Shown: piece by piece, positions 63,144-64,000 of the stretch | Layout: each line of letters begins with the position of its first letter | Position numbering within the stretch: position 1 is the stretch's first letter | DNA from: Brevinematales bacterium | GTDB lineage: Bacteria > Spirochaetota > Brevinematia > Brevinematales > Thermospiraceae | Reading direction: 5' to 3' | Length of the DNA: 64,000 nt | Assembly: GCA_026417555.1 (NCBI GenBank) | Contig: JAOADA010000001.1 | Coordinates: forward strand, 273,245 to 337,244 | Program-made: the position numbers and the translations under genes | The notes under the pieces: model-generated | Databases searched by the model: none | Told to the model about the DNA's origin: nothing | The model's input: only the letters and a program-made list of their open reading frames with translations

Positions 63144-64000
63144 ATGAAAGAGCATACTATAATCCCTTTTATGAAAATGGCTCCCTATGCTATTGGACTT
63201 TCTCTGGTAATTATTCTGCTGGGAGCAGTGATCTTTGTGGTGAGGGGAGGCTTTGAGGTTGGTATTGATTTCAAGGGTGGGAGTCGGGCTGAGGTAGTTT
63301 TTGGACAGAAGGTGTCTCTGGGAGAGCTTCGTTCTCTTTTCAAAAATCGAAGGATAGAGGCCAGTATCACTACAGTAGGGCTCGTGGAGGATAATCGTTT
63401 TGTGATTACTGTGCCCTTCGAACAAGGAAAGGATGGCATTGCTCTCATCAAAGAGATTCTCACAACCGCGTATGGAATGGATAAGGTGGAGTTTGTGGGC
63501 ACCACGACTATCGAAGCCAAAGTAGGAAAATCCTTTGTCTATCGTGCTATTAACTTGATCTGGGTGGTCTCTCTCATTATCTTGGTCTATATTATTGTGA
63601 GGTTTGATTTGAGTTATGGGGTTGGGGCCATTGTTGCCCTTTTGCATGACCTGTTGATTATGTTGGCGTTTTCTCTCTTTTTCAGAATCCCAATAGATAT
63701 TACTATTATTGCGGCTATTTTAATGATTTTGGGGTACTCGATTAACGATACCATTGTGGTGTTTGACCGTATTCGAGAGCGTAAGGCTTATCATAAGGAG
63801 GAAGATTTTGTTCTCGTTATTGATAGATCGGTAACTGAGGTTTTGGAGCGTTCAATTATCACCTCTTTGACAACACTTTTTGCAGCAGTAGCTCTTTATA
63901 TCTGGGGGGGTGAGGTACTCCGAAATTTTAGTATGCTCTTGATTGTTGGTTTGGTGAGTGGGACGTATTCTTCAGTGATGATTGCAGCTCCAGTGACAGC
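63144..64000 (+). CDS. secF: Protein translocase subunit SecF (3' end outside window)
   Basis: AAGGAG then ATG at 63144. My translation is MKEHTIIPFMKMAPYAIGLSLVIILLGAVIFVVRGGFEVGIDFKGGSRAEV...HDLLIMLAFSLFF...GYSINDTIVVFDRIRE. The frame stays open to the window end, so it is absent from the ORF track. Confidence 0.9.
   Translation, partial: MKEHTIIPFMKMAPYAIGLSLVIILLGAVIFVVRGGFEVGIDFKGGSRAEVVFGQKVSLGELRSLFKNRRIEASITTVGLVEDNRFVITVPFEQGKDGIALIKEILTTAYGMDKVEFVGTTTIEAKVGKSFVYRAINLIWVVSLIILVYIIVRFDLSYGVGAIVALLHDLLIMLAFSLFFRIPIDITIIAAILMILGYSINDTIVVFDRIRERKAYHKEEDFVLVIDRSVTEVLERSIITSLTTLFAAVALYIWGGEVLRNFSMLLIVGLVSGTYSSVMIAAPVT

Noticed and set aside
1-64000. Search for CRISPR arrays, transposases or IS ends, integrases, prophage or defence-system genes, and rRNA
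   Set aside because: No direct-repeat/spacer arrays, no DDE or tyrosine/serine recombinase-like ORFs, no nuclease/helicase/reverse-transcriptase defence-type ORFs and no rRNA-like sequence were seen. The tRNA-Val pair has no adjacent integrase or repeat of its 3' end.

Overview
This is a 64-kb, gene-dense chromosomal segment, moderately AT-rich. I found no transposases, integrases, prophage genes, CRISPR arrays or rRNA. About 60 CDS and two tandem tRNA-Val genes can be supported. Housekeeping content includes mnmG, smpB, murC, murB, clpP-clpX-lon, trpA, class II fba, pdxA and pstSCAB-phoU. It also includes ogt, tatD, rsmH, prfB (with the classic +1 frameshift), glyQ, pyk and yajC-secD-secF. 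Between these genes lies an unusually dense signalling layer:
- two STAS antagonists
- two PP2C/SpoIIE phosphatases, one of them fused to an RsbW-like kinase
- a second RsbW-like kinase
- a stand-alone cNMP-binding protein
- a HAMP class III cyclase
- a 7TM-receptor/MCP hybrid
- a GAF histidine kinase
- a GGDEF fragment
- an RpoS-like sigma factor

The most notable observations are:
1. A near-consensus sigma-54 -24/-12 promoter sits directly in front of the RpoS-like sigma gene, a Borrelia-style RpoN-to-RpoS wiring. Behind it is a 540-bp intergenic region carrying orphan RNA structures.
2. Genes 38307-44413 form a chain of translationally coupled genes: NeuB-like synthase, RsbW-like kinase, flavin-reductase-like protein, lycopene-cyclase-domain membrane protein, alpha/beta hydrolase and membrane PP2C. 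This combination matches no pathway I know.
3. Genes 18669-22881 form a four-gene cassette of membrane SGNH protein, DUF5989-like micro-protein (absent from the ORF track), carbamoyltransferase and SxtJ-like protein, of unknown function.
4. A STAS plus PAS-PP2C-kinase module is translationally coupled to rsmH at the position where mraZ normally sits.

I also found a four-repeat Pho-box array with 11-bp spacing, and many canonical TTGnnn-17-TAnAAT promoters and intrinsic terminators. Gene content resembles signalling-rich spirochaete-like lineages, but taxonomy cannot be fixed from this window. All protein-family calls come from motif recognition by eye, not from database searches.
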